Positions 15,505-29,191 of a stretch of DNA of 64,000 bases are shown here, piece after piece. The notes under the pieces were generated by a model, which made no database searches, was not told the DNA's origin, and worked only from the letters and a program-made list of their open reading frames with translations. The stretch is from Octopus vulgaris (taxonomy: Eukaryota): the NCBI GenBank assembly GCA_951406725.2, contig OX597816.1, positions 73,594,001 to 73,658,000 on the forward strand, written 5' to 3'. Every line of letters begins with the position of its first letter. The first letter of the stretch is position 1. The position numbers and the translations under genes are program-made.

Positions 15505-15507
<3 letters not shown>
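13995..15507 (+). mobile_element. Non-autonomous Helitron-type element carrying a LINE ORF1 fragment
   Basis: Starts tatatataaaactgagaatgtgtg; ends with hairpin gacccagc-aat-gctgggtc then atgcta(g); homologous in inverse orientation to 27426-29161. Confidence 0.8.
14794..15330 (+). pseudogene. Captured Tx1/L1-like ORF1 (gag-like, RRM-type) N-terminal fragment
   Basis: NFAAAVGG..KFATIEASF..FLPLYLGRRTSRIKI*NVPPEV pattern resembles Tx1/L1 ORF1; stops present; second copy at ~27620-28141(-). Confidence 0.65.
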
Positions 15508-15569
<62 letters not shown>

Positions 15570-15801
15570 ACTCAGTGGTTAAGGTGTTGCACTCACGATT
15601 GCCTGATCGTAGTTTCATTCCCAGACCTGGTGCTACGTTGTATTATTTCAGCAAAGCAATTAATTTCACGTTGTTCTGTGACCATTTCGTCGTCTGACAT
15701 GTGGCACTCTGTTGCACTAGCACATGTAATTTTGATTTGATGGAGGGAGTGAGCTTATGTCTACACAAACATTTTATTACTATAAACTAATACCATGTAA
15801 G

Positions 15802-15853
<52 letters not shown>

Positions 15854-15870
15854 ATATATATATGTGTGTG

Positions 15871-16170
15871 TGGAGGCGCAATGGCCCAGTGGCTAGGGCA
15901 GCGGACTCGCGGTCATAGGATCACGATTTCGATTCCTAGACTAGGCATTGTGAGTGTTTAATGAGCTAAAACACCTAAAAGCTCCACAAGGCTCCGGCAG
16001 GGGGTGTTGGTGATCCCTGCTGTACTCTTTCGCCGCAACTTTCTCTCACTCCTTCCTCTGTTAGCCAGCGGGGTGGCATCATTTAAAGGCTAAAACAATG
16101 CGAAACGCATTGTGACCAGCGATGTGTAGCAACATCTGATAGCCTGGTCGGTCACGGTGATCACGGTGAT
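15871..16170 (+). mobile_element. SINE family C (tRNA-derived head), full length
   Basis: tggaggcgcaatggcccagtggctagggcagcggactcgcgg A-box, ttcgattcc B-box; tail ggtcacggtgatcacggtgat; homologous to 63675-63893(-). Confidence 0.9.
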
Positions 16171-16186
16171 ATATATAGATATATAC

Positions 16187-16225
<39 letters not shown>

Positions 16226-17119
16226 TGATATATGTATATACATATATATATATAGATATACATATATATATATACATTTTTATATATATATATTCATATA
16301 TATATATATATATATAGATATACATATATATTTATTTATATATATATACATATATATGTATATATATGCATACATACATACATAAATGCATACATACATA
16401 CATATGTATATATGTATATGTGTATGTATGTATATATATATATATAATATATGTGTGTGTGTGTGTATGAAAAGTTTGAATTATATTTTATCCTTTATAT
16501 GGAGGGTTCCAAAAGGCGATTTCTAACAAAGATTCTTCATATTTTGCTGTTAGCTTACTGGTGTAAGCTTTTTGCGAATATGAAAATATTACATGTATAT
16601 TGTGTGTGATGAGGTATCCCATAAAACCTCAACAAATATGTTAAAAATGGAGATGTTAAAATTTGAAAGAATTTTAATACATGCATACGATCGTTTCAAA
16701 CAGCGATATTAAAATGCAAATACACGGTAGAATAATTAAAATTAATTTGATTAAATTTTTAAAATTGCATATCACTGTTCTCCTCAGTGCTAGAAGAATT
16801 CAACAAAAAATTATTATGTGCATCGGAAGAAAGTATTATCTGCTATTTAGCACCACTCCGGATTACGGTTATGAACCTTGGGCAGATTTACAGATGATTT
16901 AATAGGTATAAATCAGGAAGATTCCATGACTTCAGACATTTTATCTACAAACCATCGCACCAAGGATCCGAACCTCGGGCAATTTTCACCGAATATTGTC
17001 GATACAACTAACCCATATTTCAATGGATCACGAAATTTTACACATCGTATTGCGTGCACATATCTCTTTTGTTTACATATACACGCATATACAGATGTCT
17101 TTGCGTGTATGTAAATAAG

Positions 17120-17225
<106 letters not shown>

Positions 17226-17716
17226 TGCAGTCTTCACATTAATACGCAGGTACTCATAACATCTACAGGTAATAAATATCTCTTTTTGTTGGGGAGCTTT
17301 TTTTCCCCCCAGAAGCTTGGCAAGAGAAATAACCAGATAGCGTGGTCTCTGCTACAATTATGTTTATAATTATATCTATATCTACATATCTCAAGACTTT
17401 ATTCCCATCAGATTCACATGCAAAAACATATTTGTTAAAATGTGTCTTATTTACGCCTTATTGTGCGCCTCAGCCATTAGTGGAGCAAATACACAGCCAT
17501 TTAGAGTTCCATTAAAATCATAAACAGATGACGAAATGTAATAAAACCTTCTCCATTAACAACTAGATATCATATATTTTGGTTGTGCTTTTTGGTCTTC
17601 TGTATTTGTTAAGTGCTTATACACAATACACACACCATATATGTATCTGTAAGTATATATGTGTGTGTGCCTAAGTGTGTGTGTGTATAAATAGACAGAT
17701 AGATAGATAGATAGAA

Positions 17717-17754
<38 letters not shown>

Positions 17755-17779
17755 GTGCGTGTATTTATATATATTTGTT

Positions 17780-17830
<51 letters not shown>

Positions 17831-17842
17831 AATATATAAATG

Positions 17843-17879
<37 letters not shown>

Positions 17880-18216
17880 TATGTATGTATGCATATGAGT
17901 GTGTGTGTGTGTATTTGTGTGTGTGTAGTGTAGTCGTACTAGTTAAGGACAAAATATTTAGTACCCTATACACGCTATATACATGTATGCATATATACAA
18001 AACATTACACACATATGAACATATATTTGTGTGTGTGTGCGCGCGCGTGTGTGTATGAAATACATATGAAAAAATTATATATCAAGTGTCTACATCGTAA
18101 CATATATATATTATATAAATAAAATAATTAAATATACATAGATATAAATACATTGATATATATACATATATATAAACACGCACATACATACTCACACACA
18201 CACACAAATATATGTG

Positions 18217-18274
<58 letters not shown>

Positions 18275-18693
18275 GTATGTATGTATGTATATAAATACAC
18301 ACATATATGCATGCGTATATATATGCATATATACATATATTTCCATGTGGATATGTTATACAGTCTATCGCTGTCTGCTAATATGAAATAAGTAGGTTTT
18401 TATTTAAAAAACAAAATAAGAAAAAGAAAGAAAGAAAAATAGCCTTATATATAAAACAATCAGACACACTGATAAATAAATAAATATTGATTTTAAATTG
18501 AAACACCATTATTTTTTTTATGACCACTTTATCCTGGACAATGCAGTCGAACAAGGGGCAGAAAAAAATCATTTTCTAAATGATTACGAGATTTATGTAC
18601 ATACATACATATATAGAGAGATAGATGGATAGATATTTAGATAGATACATACATATATACACATATGCGTTCGTATATATGTACTTACACACA

Positions 18694-18768
<75 letters not shown>

Positions 18769-18957
18769 ATATATGTATATATGTATATACATATATATAT
18801 ATATGTACACACACACACACACAAATATATGTATATATATATATATATATATTTATTTTAACAAATACACGCATGCACACCCCGGGCACTTACACAACAC
18901 ACGCCTTGTCAGACATGTTCATAAAAACACAAAATTATGTTTATATGTTTATATGTA

Positions 18958-19021
<64 letters not shown>

Positions 19022-19087
19022 TATATATATATTTGTATGTATATATATATATAATGTATTTACATACATATATATGTGTTTGTGTAA

Positions 19088-19183
<96 letters not shown>

Positions 19184-19462
19184 ATTTACAAATATATCGG
19201 AGAAGTAATTGTCATGGCCTCTACTTGCCAATTCCAAATAAATGCACATTTTGAATTCTGTAATGGTTCATATCTGCCCTTATATATGCGAATAAAAAAT
19301 TAAAATGACAATGAATAAAGAGTTTCTTGTAAATGTTATTATTCGAAGCTAAGGTTTCTCTCCGTCACCTCAGCTCTGAACATATGAGATAACAGTAGTA
19401 CACTTATCAAGTTCTTTTCTCTCCAATTTTACTTGCAAACACACACAACACACACATATATT

Positions 19463-19539
<77 letters not shown>

Positions 19540-20273
19540 ACATATGCATAAATACATATATATATATATATATATATGTAAGTATACAAATGCATATATA
19601 TATGTGCGAAATGCATACATATATATACACAAATATACATGCATGTGTATGTGTGTATGAAGTTAAAAGTGATGGTCTATCATAGAGCACAGAGTGGCCA
19701 TCGGTTTCGCACATGTAAAGCACATAGCAGTATAGGTGACTAGTCAGATTCAAATGGCTGAAGCCTCATTACTTCTTTAAAAGGGAAGGAAGAAATATCT
19801 AACGGTCAGTTGGTTTTGTAAACAAAAATTAACTGATGCGGGCAGGACGGTGTTATCCCCCTTAACATCGGCTCTGGCCGTGGTGATATTCGAAGGAGCT
19901 GCAGCGGGACTATTTAACGAATGGCGAATTCCAAGCCAGTTGTAGGAAACGTTTTAGATGCGTGCATTGACTGAATACTTCTTTTCTGGAGCTTGAAAAG
20001 TTCCTGGTATCGAGCGAGTTTTTTTAAGAATTATTGCGTTTCTGCCAAGACAAGTTATGAGCCTTCAGTCATATGAGTTTGACGAGTCGCCTATATTGCT
20101 AAGGTGCTTTATAGGCGCTAAACTAATGATCACTCTATATCCAGCCATAATTTTAACTTCCTAAAAATATATTATTACTCTAAAGTTTTAAAATGGGCCT
20201 CTTTTCCTGATATATGAACTACTGATGATATATGCATGTATATGTTTATATATACATGCATATATATACATGC

Positions 20274-20331
<58 letters not shown>

Positions 20332-20358
20332 GTTTGTACGTAAAACTGGACGGAAAAG

Positions 20359-20394
<36 letters not shown>

Positions 20395-20789
20395 TGTATG
20401 TATGTATGTATGTATGAATATATATATATATGTGTGTGTGTGTAAGTGTGTGTGTGTGTGTGTACATATCTATATATATATGTGTATATGCATATACATA
20501 CACGCATACTCACATAGACAAAGAGACAGACAGACGGTCGAACGGACAGATAGACGGACGGACGGACGGACGGACAGACAGACGGACGGACGGACGGACG
20601 AACGGACGGACGGACGGACGGACGGACGGACGGACAGACAGACGGACGGACGGACGGACGAACGGACAGAGAGACAGACAGATACTTCCCTACATACATA
20701 CAAAATCTTCTATAAGGATACAGATGGCAATGGCAGGCCAGAATTTAAACTTGTGTTGCCAAAAACTAGACATATAACGCTTCCACCAT

Positions 20790-21120
20790 TGTAACTTTCT
20801 AGTAGTGTTTTATGCTTTACCTTTGATTGTGTAAGCACCCTCTTCTGCTAAGGGAAAATCTAAGACGATCACCACCAGTCTCTTTACCGGCTGTTCTTTT
20901 GAGTCATGCACGAACTTTGAGTCCTAACGTAAGTTAGAGAATGGTGAATCATTGAGGCAATTTTTCATATCTTTAGCCTCTTGTAGCAGTATTTTTCATA
21001 AGACTCAAATTTTCAAGATTTTCTCAATCAAACCTACTGCATGAGATATACATTTCCTCCTCTAATAAAATATTTTGATGGTCATACACCAAAGAGACAT
21101 AAGGTGATTGCAAATATTTT
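20790..21120 (-). pseudogene. Possible very old DNA transposase fragment (Sola2-like)
   Basis: Minus frame ..NLR*DSKFVHDSKEQPVKRLVVIV.. recalls the LHWDGK..D..VDRL.V.V motif; weak, by eye only. Confidence 0.25.
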
Positions 21121-21139
21121 CTGGTAGCTGGGAGAACCC

Positions 21140-21530
21140 TCAGCCAACAGGACGGAATGTTTAGCGGCATTTCTGCCGACTCTTTATATTCTGAATTCAA
21201 ATTCAACCGAGGTCTACTCGGCCTTTCATCTTGTTGGATCGATAAAGCAAACCATTATTTGAACACTGGGGTCGATTTAATCGACTAACCTTCTCCCTTA
21301 AAATTTCTGCCTTGTGCCAAAATTTGAAACCGTTACTTTCTACAAGTTGGCAGAATCGTTACGGTGACGGGCATCATTTCTTTCAGCTCGTCGAGTTCAA
21401 GTTCCGCTGAGGTCGACTTTGCTTTTCATCTTTCAAGAGTCGATGAAATAAGTATCAGTTGTGTGCTGGGGTCGATGTACTCGGCTTTTTCCTTCCCTCA
21501 GAATTGTTTGTCAAATATTACAAAGAATTA
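21140..21530 (+). mobile_element. Two tandem degenerate family B SINEs
   Basis: Two occurrences of ttcaa(a/g)ttc..gaggtc(t/g)act..ctttcatc..ctggggtcgat. Confidence 0.8.
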
Positions 21531-21689
21531 TTTTTTTACCTTTTTTGTAATACTGGTTCCTTATATAACTGAGCTAAACTAACGTTTTCACAACTACTTG
21601 AGAACAAAGGAATTTTGTTCACATTAACTCGTCAAAACACCATTTTTACTATATTTATTTCCCCTTGCAGGGTTGTGAGGGTAGAATCC

Positions 21690-22950
21690 TTGGGCACCCT
21701 CTCCATGGTGTCTATCAGAAACAACAGTCATTACACTCTCCTGCTGGATTCCCTTGCCTGTTGGCTCCGCTTGAAGAATCCGTCTTGAAGAATCCGTCTT
21801 GCGATTCATTTCTGCAACATTCGAATCACATTTCACAGGGCGAAGAAGTAGTTGTTGAACCTGGAGAGACTGTCCGATCTCCGAGCTACTCACCCTGTCG
21901 TATAACGTTGCTACAGAGATCTTTCGGTGGAATCCTATTTTCGGTCGCTTGTATACTCGAGCGTACTCTTTCGGTCATTACCAAACATTCACGACCACAA
22001 GTGAGAATAGGCATGGAAACCCAATTGAAGAAAGCGAGTTTCACTTTTTTTTACCAACTTCTCTTCTGAGGATCGATTGCTGGCGCTGGGACACTACGTT
22101 GCCTTCACACACAATTCTAGCATCCAATCCAACATCGTCCTGCTTCCCATCACTAGGTAATAAGGCCTGGAAATATTCTTTTCTAATCTAGGAACATGGC
22201 CCGAAATTTTTGGAGAGGGGTCTAGACGATTAGATCGACCCCCAGCACGCAACTGGTACTTAATTTATCGACCCCGAAAGGATGAAAGTCAAAGCTAATC
22301 CTGGCTGAATTTGAACTCAGAACGTAAAGACATACGAAATACCTATTTCTTTACTACCCATAAGGGGCTAAACACAGAGGGGACAAATAAGGACAGACAA
22401 ACTGATTAAGTCGTTTGCATCGACACATACGCCACAGAAACCGGGAAATCAGGCCTATGAGCCTGGCTAGACTTGAAAAGGGCGTATAAATAAAAATAAA
22501 ATATTACTTGCAAGGCTCTGTTGTGTCTATTTATCCTTTCATAGAGCTGTTTATCTTTTTGAAGCCTGGGGAGACGTCTACGCTGATCCATATATTTTTT
22601 TCCTTTACTATCCACAAGGAGCTAAACACAGAGGGAACAAACAAGGACAGACAAACGGATTAAGTCGATTACATCGACCCCAGTGCGTAACTGGTACTTA
22701 ATTTATCGACCCCGAAAAGATGAAAGGCAAAGTCGACCTAGGCGGAATTTGAACTCAGAACGTAACGGCAGACGAAATACGGTTACGCATTTCGCCCGGC
22801 GTGGTAACGTTTCTGCCAGCTCGCCGCCTTACGGCCTAGAAATATTCAAACTTCTCTACTTGCGCCTGTGAAATTCCACTAACATAAGGTCACACTTGCT
22901 GTCTGTGCTTTTTATATGCTGGTTCAATTTCTATAGACTTTCCCGCCATG
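21690..22950 (-). mobile_element. RTE-clade LINE fragment split by a SINE block
   Basis: Minus peptides QVEKFEYF | SDGKQD..DARI..PILTCGRECLVMTERVRSSIQATE..SSEIGQSLQVQQLLL..RRILQAEPTG. Confidence 0.85.
22179..22832 (-). mobile_element. Composite/dimeric family B SINE with internal insert
   Basis: 15-bp TSD ggcctggaaatattc (22164-22178) / ggcctagaaatattc (22833-22847); core repeated twice; unrelated insert at ~22425-22600. Confidence 0.88.
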
Positions 22951-23476
22951 TGTATATAAACGTGTGTGTGTGTTAATCGGGAATATAGTGAAAGCCTAGA
23001 GGTAACATACTTTAGTGGAATTTACATCAGAAATACTATTTTCTACAAAATAAATAGAATCTTCCACATTAGAAAGATAAATTAAAATTCAAAAGTTTCT
23101 GCTGTACTTCATCATTTCCTGTCTTTTTCGTCTTCCTTACTTTGGTGCCGACTCACATGGAACTTGTTCAGTACGGAATAAATTCCAACATATTAATCAT
23201 ATTAATGTTTTCTTCGAACGACATCAAACCCACGTCGACATAGCATTCAATATCATACTAGCTGCTGAAATATTACAGTCGTTAAAAGATGAAAAATATA
23301 TGTATGAATGTATGCACGTTGTAAAGCTTCTATCAGGATGAACTGGTCATGTATCTGCCTCTGTATACGAAGAGGCTTTTGGCAAATAATATTCTATGGA
23401 ATATTATACGTTGTCCGTACATATTTATCAAAAAGAAGAGCAAATTTAGGCCGATACCTCTGGGTACCAGCATCCT

Positions 23477-23690
23477 TTTCTACTCTAGACACAAGGCCCG
23501 AAATTTTAGAGGAGGGCGCCAGTCGATTATATCGACCCCAGCACGCAACTGGTACTTAATTTATCGACCCCGAAAGGATGAAAGGCAAAGTCAACCTCGG
23601 CAGAATTTGAACTCAGAGTGTAAAGACAGATGAAATACCGCTAAGCATTTTGCCGGCGTGCTAACGTTTCTGCCAGTTCGCTACCTTCTG
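23477..23690 (-). mobile_element. SINE family B, full monomer
   Basis: 16-bp TSD tgggtaccagcatcct (23461-23476) / tgggtaccagtatcct (23691-23706). Confidence 0.92.
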
Positions 23691-23911
23691 TGGGTACCAG
23701 TATCCTGAATACCTATGTTGTCAGGACGGGAAAAGGCTGGAATAAGTGTCTCTTTCAATGTTCTAACAAATTTTCATCGTCCATCATCTTGGATTTTCAT
23801 CAAGCCTGAATAGATGATAGTAAATTTGCCCTCGGCGCAATTCGAACTCGTATTGTAGAGATGAAAACAAACGCTCTGAAATATTTTAATTAGCTCTGTA
23901 ACGAATCTGCA

Positions 23912-23991
<80 letters not shown>

Positions 23992-24105
23992 TGTGCGTGT
24001 GTGTGTGTATGTGTGTGTGTGTGTGTGTGTGTGCGTGCATGCGCGCGTGTACATATATATGTGTACAATTAAATATATACACATACATACAAAAATATAC
24101 ATATA

Positions 24106-25785
24106 CTAGCAGAGATACCCGGCGTTGCTCGTGTTACAAACAATTGAAGAATTAGACTTTTCTGTTATATTTTCTGTGATGAACTGGAATATCTATGTTT
24201 CGAATTTCATCAATATTGCAGATGAGGGTTATTTCCCTCTTTACACACCCAAACAAAATTGTAATCGTGCGACATATATCCCATACTACTGATTTTTATG
24301 CCCATATTCCAAAATTCCAGTCTTATTGAACCTGTTAAAAATATTTTGCTCCAGAAAAAGGAAGATCATCGTGCTCTAAAATGTGAGAGTTAAGGCCCCC
24401 AGTTGGGGGTGGGCATCTTAATGTCAACCAGAGAAGTTGAATTGTTGAGAATCTTTTTAACTTGGGTTTTATATCTATTGTTTGAATTTCTTTGAAATAG
24501 GAAATATATGTTCACTGGATTTGTAAAAGAGAGCAAAGCTACAGGAAACCAGAAAACGAATGATCACAATAAGCAGTCAGTTACCTTACCCTAGTCGTTA
24601 CCACTGCCAGTGTAGGATTCCTTACCATCCAGGTGACAGGCACAGCCGTAAGATGCATTACGAATCTATAGCAATTGGAAGGGCGTGACCCAACTGAAAT
24701 AAACATTAACAACTGTGTGACGTGAGGGCTAAGGAGAAATGAAAGTTGGAGTTTGCAAATGACAACAATACTGATACATAACTGGACAGAATAAATATAC
24801 AATCTATAAATGTCTTTGAATAATCAGTCACTCATCTGGGAAGGCCTTAAAATCAATGTTACCATGTGGAGACTATGTGTGACCCAGTGATAATAAAAAG
24901 ACTGAAAGGAGATCTGCAATCAAATAACTTTACTCAACACTTTGCAACTGAATCAGTGGAGGCAAAGATGCCCTTCATTTACTTGACAATTTATGCAGCA
25001 CATTACAGAAATCACAATCTAAGTGTATGTCAAAGCAAACTCTTACACTGTTGTACCATTGAACTACAAATAATGCTCATCTTCTATGCTCGGATGCCCC
25101 CTCAGCTTCAAAGAGTACAATTATTCGTCTTTGCTTCGATAAAATGACAAAATTGTGGGTGTTAAGTCCCTATGAAGGGGTCTTTCTAACTTGTAAGAAG
25201 ATGAAATTTTATAAATATTACTTCATTTGTATCTAATATTTATGGTTAAAATTTCGTCAACAGCAAAAATATATGAATTGTCATGGGGGTTGTGACCCTT
25301 ATGCATAGAATATAATTTCCAAATTTCGTAAAGATCCATTCGGTACTTTTGACTTAGTTTTGGATCATAAAAGAAATTACTAAAATTTAGGAGTTAAGGT
25401 CCCCATTAGGGTGTCTTAGAATCCTCATGTGAAGTGGAAACTTTGAGAATACTTCTTGATGTCTGGCAATTACCCATGGTTGAAATTTCAACAATATCGA
25501 AAATTTATTAATTTTCATGGGGGGTTCTGCCCCCTTTAAGCCATCAGAAATTCAAATCAAACATATTGCATTATACCCGCCCTTATGCATTGAAGCTAAA
25601 TTTCAAATATCATAAGGATCCATTCAGAAATTTTGGTCCATGAAATTGTATGAAACACACAGCATTACCCTTCTCCCTGGGCTTCGATTTTATGTTCCAA
25701 ATTTCATTATGATCGGTGCAGCAGTTTTCGAATGTATAAGTGATACACGAACACATAAAGACATTGTCTTTGATATAATAAATAT
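24106..25785 (-). mobile_element. Second Helitron-type non-autonomous element
   Basis: Minus-strand 3' end cgagcaacgccgggtatctctgCTAG|t at 24106; 5' region with accgatcataatgaaatttggaaca motif; internal degenerate aaatttc repeats. Confidence 0.65.
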
Positions 25786-25807
25786 GAATGTACACATATA
25801 CATACAA

Positions 25808-25880
<73 letters not shown>

Positions 25881-25902
25881 TGTGCGTGAGTGTGTGTGTG
25901 TG

Positions 25903-25948
<46 letters not shown>

Positions 25949-25984
25949 GACACACACACAAAGATAAATTGATAGATACAACTG

Positions 25985-26211
25985 AGTGGGCAAACAAAAA
26001 TATGAGACACAGCGTAGTGCTTTTTTATGTTGATAAGCCTGGTACTTATTCTATTAGTTTTTTCTTGTGAAACCAGGATGTAAATAAATGAACAGCAGTT
26101 GTGAAGCAGTGATGAGGGTGAAACACAGAAACAAAGTCACACACATACATTTAAATATATACATACACATATATATCGGATTGATTTCTTTAAGTTTCTG
26201 TCTGCGAAATC

Positions 26212-26264
<53 letters not shown>

Positions 26265-26610
26265 ACAGACACACACAAATATAAATTGTGTGGGCAAACA
26301 AAAATATGAGATGCTGCCTAGTGGGTTTTTATTTATTTTGATAAGCCTGGTACTTATTGTATCAGTTTCTACTTGTGAAACCAGTAAGTTATGGGGATGT
26401 AAATAAACGAACACCAGTTATGAGGCAGTGATGAGTGAGAAACACAAAGACACACACACAGACTTACATATATACATACATATATATACGATTGATTTAT
26501 TTCAGTTTCTGTCTACAAAATCCACTGACAAGGCTTTGGTTGGTCTGAGGCTATAGCAGAAGACACATGCCAAGTCACCACACAGCCACACCTGCACCTG
26601 TGTGTGTGTA
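25985..26610 (-). repeat. Diverged ~300-bp tandem duplication built on a family A SINE
   Basis: gtgggcaaacaaaaatatgaga..tgataagcctggtacttatt occurs at ~25986 and ~26290. Confidence 0.75.
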
Positions 26611-27015
26611 TGTGTGTATGGGTGTATATATGTATGCATGTATATACGTGAATATATATGTGTACATATTACATGTACATCTATATATCTATATATACAC
26701 ATATACATGTATACATATACATCTATATGTATAGAAATAAATGTATACATATACAGCTATACACACACACACACACATACATACATAGGTGAAGGTGTGG
26801 CTGTGTGGTAATAAACTTCGTCCCAAAACACATGGTCCTGGGTTTAAATTTAAATTTAAAATATAAGGGTGAGAAATTGATTAATTTGATTAATATGAAT
26901 TGAAAACCAGTGGTTTAGCATATAAGACCATAGCGGATCTTCTTCTAGCAAAATGGATGTTCACTATTAATGGCTCATCCCTCTTATATAATAGTTTGAC
27001 TTTAATAGCTTCAGT

Positions 27016-27425
27016 ATTAAAGTGAAAGTATCTGACATTACAATAGAGAGATGTTTTTGTTTCACTTTTAACACGTAATACTGAAATAGTGGAGAATATA
27101 TGATATTGTTGTGGGCTCGCCTTAGGCAAGGCGTTAGAAGATTTTTGCCCATGACACTACATGGACCCTAAGTAAGGCATGTGTAAAATTTGAATGAAAT
27201 TCGTTGTGTAGTTCTAAAGTTTTAGGGAATCATAGTGGGGAAGATATGATATTGCTGAGGGCTCGCCCTAGGCAAGAAGTTAAAAAATGTTTTGCCCATG
27301 AAACTCCCTGCACTCTAAGTAAGGCATGTGTAAAATTTGAATGAAATTGGTTATGTAGTTCTCAAGTTTTAGGGATTCACACAGACAGACAGACAGACAC
27401 ATATTCTCAGTTTTATATATATCAA
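27016..27425 (-). mobile_element. 5' part of a third Helitron copy, head-to-tail with 27426-29161
   Basis: Minus strand ..atgCTAG|ttgatatatataaaactgagaat..; contains two ~145-bp subrepeats. Confidence 0.78.
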
Positions 27426-29095
27426 CTAGCATTATGACCCGTCGTTGCCGGGTCAAAGTGCTAGTGCATGTATATATGTGTATATATATATGTGTACATA
27501 TTACATGTACATCTATATATATACATCTACACATAAAATATAAAATACAAAGTTATATCTTGATATCGCTAGTGATAACAATACTCAAAATATATAACAG
27601 ACTGGAATTGTAGGCCCGTCTCTTGTAAGTTCGATCAATTGTATCTTGTTCTCCCTCTTGTATAGAAGTGTGGCTACAATCCAGCCTACCTCTACGTCTG
27701 GGGGGGTCATTTTAAATTTTTATCCGGGACGTCTTACGTCCCAGATATAAAGGTAAAAATAAAATATTTCCACTTTGCAAGGTTCGAGTCGAGTACTCCC
27801 TTGCACGCTCCGTTGAGTCGAACCTTGCTTCTATTGTGGCGAATTTACCGCCTCTGGTTAGATACTTAATATTTTTCATAGTCGCACCAAGACACTTTTC
27901 GATGGTGCTTTCCTCCAGGTGTTCAAATCTTTTTTTTTTCTACATTATATACTTTATAGAAAATAGTCTTTTCTTTAATTTTATTTTTTATTTCGTTCGG
28001 TGGTGTTATCCTAGATTCACCGTCTTTGTCGGTGATCAATCCGAAATAGGTTTGTATTTCTTCCATTTTAATTTTAATGAGTTCGCGCCCGCCGACGGCT
28101 GCAGCGAAATTCATTTTGGGACTTTCTTCTATCGAAGCCATTTCAACAAAAGTGCTTCCGTGTAAACGGTGAAAATATTGTCAATTTCCCCAAACAGGGA
28201 CACAATTCAATTTTTAAACACTAACCAAAGGGGGAGGGTTACGGTTTACAATTATTTAACAAATGTAACACAACAACGTTTCCCTTTCGAGGAACCAACA
28301 AACGTGATAACAATAGTTAAACAGTAATAATAATAAAAACAAACCTTACGGTGAATCAAAAAGCAGTACGCAGTAAAAGCGGCTGTTCGAGAAAACAAAC
28401 ATTATATACAGCCAAACTTCATATAGATACTTAATGCTAGATAATTAGCAGATAATCTAATGTAAAAGCCGTGATAAAGGGTATGTGCACAGCTCCATCT
28501 GGACTATTCCATTTCTGCACATTAATTTTATTTTTAATTTATTCCCATTCATGTGAAACCCCTTATTCAAGTTCAAGTCATTGATGCAATTTTATACCAA
28601 TTGCTATTTTTACTTTTGATATGCTACGATTTAATTATTATATTATACTTTAGTTTGATTTTAATTATTACTTACTACATACAATTCAATTGTTATAATT
28701 ATCTCTAATTTTTATTATTAAAGTGAATGTATCTGACATAAAATAGAGAAATGTTTTTGTTTCACTTTTAACACGTAATACTGAAATAGTGGAGAAGATA
28801 TGATATTGCTATGGGCTTGCCCTAGGCAAGAAGTTGAACATTTTTTGCCCATGAAACTACATGGACCCTAAGTAAGGCAGGTGTAAAATTTGAATGAAAT
28901 TGGTTGTGTAGTTCTCAAGTTTTTCGTAATCGTAGTGGAGAAGATATGATATTGCTGTGGGTTCGCCCTAGGCAAAAAGTTAAAAAATAGTTTTTGCCGA
29001 TGACACTCCCCGGAACCTAAGTAAAGCATGTGTAAAATTTGAATGAAATTTGTTGTGTAGTTCTCAAGTTTTAGAGAAACAGACAGAGAGACAGA

Positions 29096-29142
<47 letters not shown>

Positions 29143-29161
29143 TCTCAGTTTTATATATAGA
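27426..29161 (-). mobile_element. Non-autonomous Helitron-type element with Tx1/L1 ORF1 cargo, full length
   Basis: 5' TCtatatataaaactgag; 3' gacccggcaacgacgggtc hairpin plus CTAG; two ~145-bp 5' subrepeats; homologous to 13995-15507. Confidence 0.85.
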
Positions 29162-29191
29162 GGGATAAACAAATATGCATAAATATATATA

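Noticed and set aside
16845-17060. Possible coding exon (TTPDYGYEPW / NQEDSMTSD)
   Set aside because: Stops in all frames after the putative acceptor; no recognisable homology
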